Assembly: GCF_006345805.1 (NCBI RefSeq)
Contig: NC_042998.1
Location: 139,500,001-139,564,000, forward strand
From: Octopus sinensis
Taxonomy: Eukaryota
Direction: 5' to 3'
Length of the DNA: 64,000 bases
Shown piece after piece: positions 62,001-64,000 of this stretch. A program made the translations under genes and the position numbers. The notes below the pieces were generated by a model that saw only the letters and a program-made list of their open reading frames with translations, was not told the DNA's origin and ran no database searches. The stretch's first letter is position 1; every line of letters starts with the position of its first letter.

Positions 62001-63737
62001 CGTCATAGTGTCTAGCCACGAGCACATCGAGCAGGTCGGCGAGACACTGAAAGACTACGAAGCGGTGACAGGAGCGAAAATCAACCGGGAAAAGTCAGTG
62101 GGCTTGCGACTAGGCACCTGGAGAAGCAAGCCCATGCCGTCCACCAGCGCCTCCGTCGTGGGACGCTGGACCGACGGCCCGGTTGAGTTGCTCGGGGTCT
62201 GGTTTGGTCCGGACCTCCAAGTGGAGAAGAACTGGAACGAGATAACGAGTAGGGTGGTCACTCTCGCCCGGTAATGGCCGAGAGGAAACTGTCCCTAAAA
62301 GGTCGGGCGGAGGTGGCGAACACGTACATCGCGTCCGTCATCTACTACCGCCTGACCGTCGTACCTTGTCCCGACCCTACCATCACCAAACTACAACGCA
62401 TTCTCTTTCGCTTCTTGTGGAAAGGATGCGTCCGATGGTCAGGCGATCCTTTGCTGTCAACACCCGTTAAAAGGAGGGCTGGGCATGCCGTGGTTGATGA
62501 TGCGCAGACACGCGCTGAGACTGCGACATCTCTGGCTCTATGTAGACGACGGTGAACAGGTGTGGTCGCCGTTGTGAGGCACGCTTTCCCGCAGCTCGTC
62601 TCCATGACCGAACTGCAGTCGTGGATCAAAAGAGGCCGAAGAAGGGCGAATGGCACCGCGAGTGTCGCGTTGCTCTCAAGCAACTCTGCCGTCCTGGGTC
62701 GACCTTGAGTGACTTCAACACAACCAAAGCATTCTATAGGGGTTTAGTGGAGGGGAGGTACGACGACGAGCTCGGGGCGAACCTGGACGTCGACGAGGAG
62801 TACCTGACCCGCCTGTTCAGGACGACTTTCGGGCCAGGGCCCATGGACAATTCCAGAGATCCCTGGCCTGGCAGTGCTACCGAGAAGCGCTACCCGTTCG
62901 GGATAAGCTCTACAGACACGGCTCGAGAAACACGGGGCGACCTGCCCGAGATGCGGTCAGAGCGACGAAACCGTTCTGCACGCACTCGTGCAGTGTCCAA
63001 CAATTTCCGACCTGTGGGCTTGTGTCGAACAACTGCTGTCATGTGTGGGACGAGTCGGTTTATCAGCTGAGTCTATCGTCAATATTGTCACGCCTCCCTC
63101 CTTCAAACGGGAAGGAAGAGCTATTTTCATCATCCTTGTGGCTATGGCGAAAGAATGTATCTGGTGGACGCGTCTGAAAGGATTGGAGACAAACACTTTC
63201 CTCTCTGGTCAATCTCTCATCAACTTCTTCAAGTACCACTTGAAAAGGAAAGTGAGAGTAGAGAGGCAAGTTTTGTCTAGCGAATGTTTTAAAAAAAGAT
63301 GGGTGAATGTAGCAAGAATGGCACGTATGAATGACGAAGCCACCTTGAGCATGATCCTATGAACCCAGAAATTGAAAACAGAGAGTTGCTTATTTGCAAA
63401 AAAAAAAAAAAGAAATACAACATGTGACTCCATTGACCGAGGTTACCGTGGTCTTTTCCGTAGGCTTTTCTTTCCACGGGTAAACCTCACCTGTCCCCCC
63501 TTTACACTTCATATTGACATTTCTGTGATAACGATCCCTATTGATCAATTTTTTTTTTTTCCTCTCCCCCTTTTTTTTAAACCCCCTTTTTTTTGTCCTC
63601 TTTCTCTCCTTTTACGATCCCTTTTGATCGAAACTCCCCCTTCCTTTTTTTTTTTTTTTTTTAAACCTTCAAAAGAAAAGCTCTACCTTGTAATTTGTTC
63701 TATCTGTGTGCAGCCCTGTGTGGCTAATAAAGAAACA
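62001..63737 (+). mobile_element. 5'-truncated Tx1/L1-clade LINE (RT C-terminus, CCHC, 3' UTR) embedded in (TATC)n
   Basis: YEAVTGAKINREKSVGLRLG, LLGVWFG, RKLSLKGRAEVANTYIASVIYYRL, C..C..ETVLHALVQC; GC-rich; ends GGCTAATAAAGAAAC followed by (ATCT)n. Confidence 0.9.
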
Positions 63738-63836
<99 letters not shown>

Positions 63837-64000
63837 TTACCTATCTATCTATCTATAGATTGATAGATAGATATACACTTTGTGGGTTAACAAGGCTACC
63901 ATAGGTTTCATACCAAGAGAAATCTCTCAACAATTCAAGGCAGCCACATGGAACATTGGTACTTGTAGCCTTGTTAGCACACAAATAAAGACTATTTATC

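Overview
AT-rich, microsatellite- and transposon-dense animal genomic DNA. The repeat types suggest an octopus or other coleoid cephalopod, which is an inference. Two divergently transcribed multi-exon genes were rebuilt by hand from splice sites and reading-frame phase. MRPL12 (mitochondrial ribosomal protein bL12m, minus strand) has 4 exons at 12700-1413, and its last exon is not in the window. CEP120 (centrosomal protein, three C2 domains plus a coiled coil, plus strand) is complete: 22 exons, 14857-43928, 1003 aa. The rest is repeats: tRNA-headed SINEs, RTE tails, CR1 and Tx1/L1-like LINE fragments, four mariner copies, one Tc1, hAT and TTAA MITEs, and a Helitron-like element. The most unusual object is a ~590-bp palindromic element at 50531-51118. 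It has two divergent tRNA-like Pol III heads at its centre, a minimal hammerhead-ribozyme motif in each arm and a 13-bp target-site duplication. A centre-deleted relative sits at 33214-33429, and a second hammerhead-like family occurs at 52138 and 59468. Also notable are an ORF1-only non-LTR element, a SINE and a Tx1-like LINE that share a 3' tail. All homology calls come from recognition by eye; no database searches were run.
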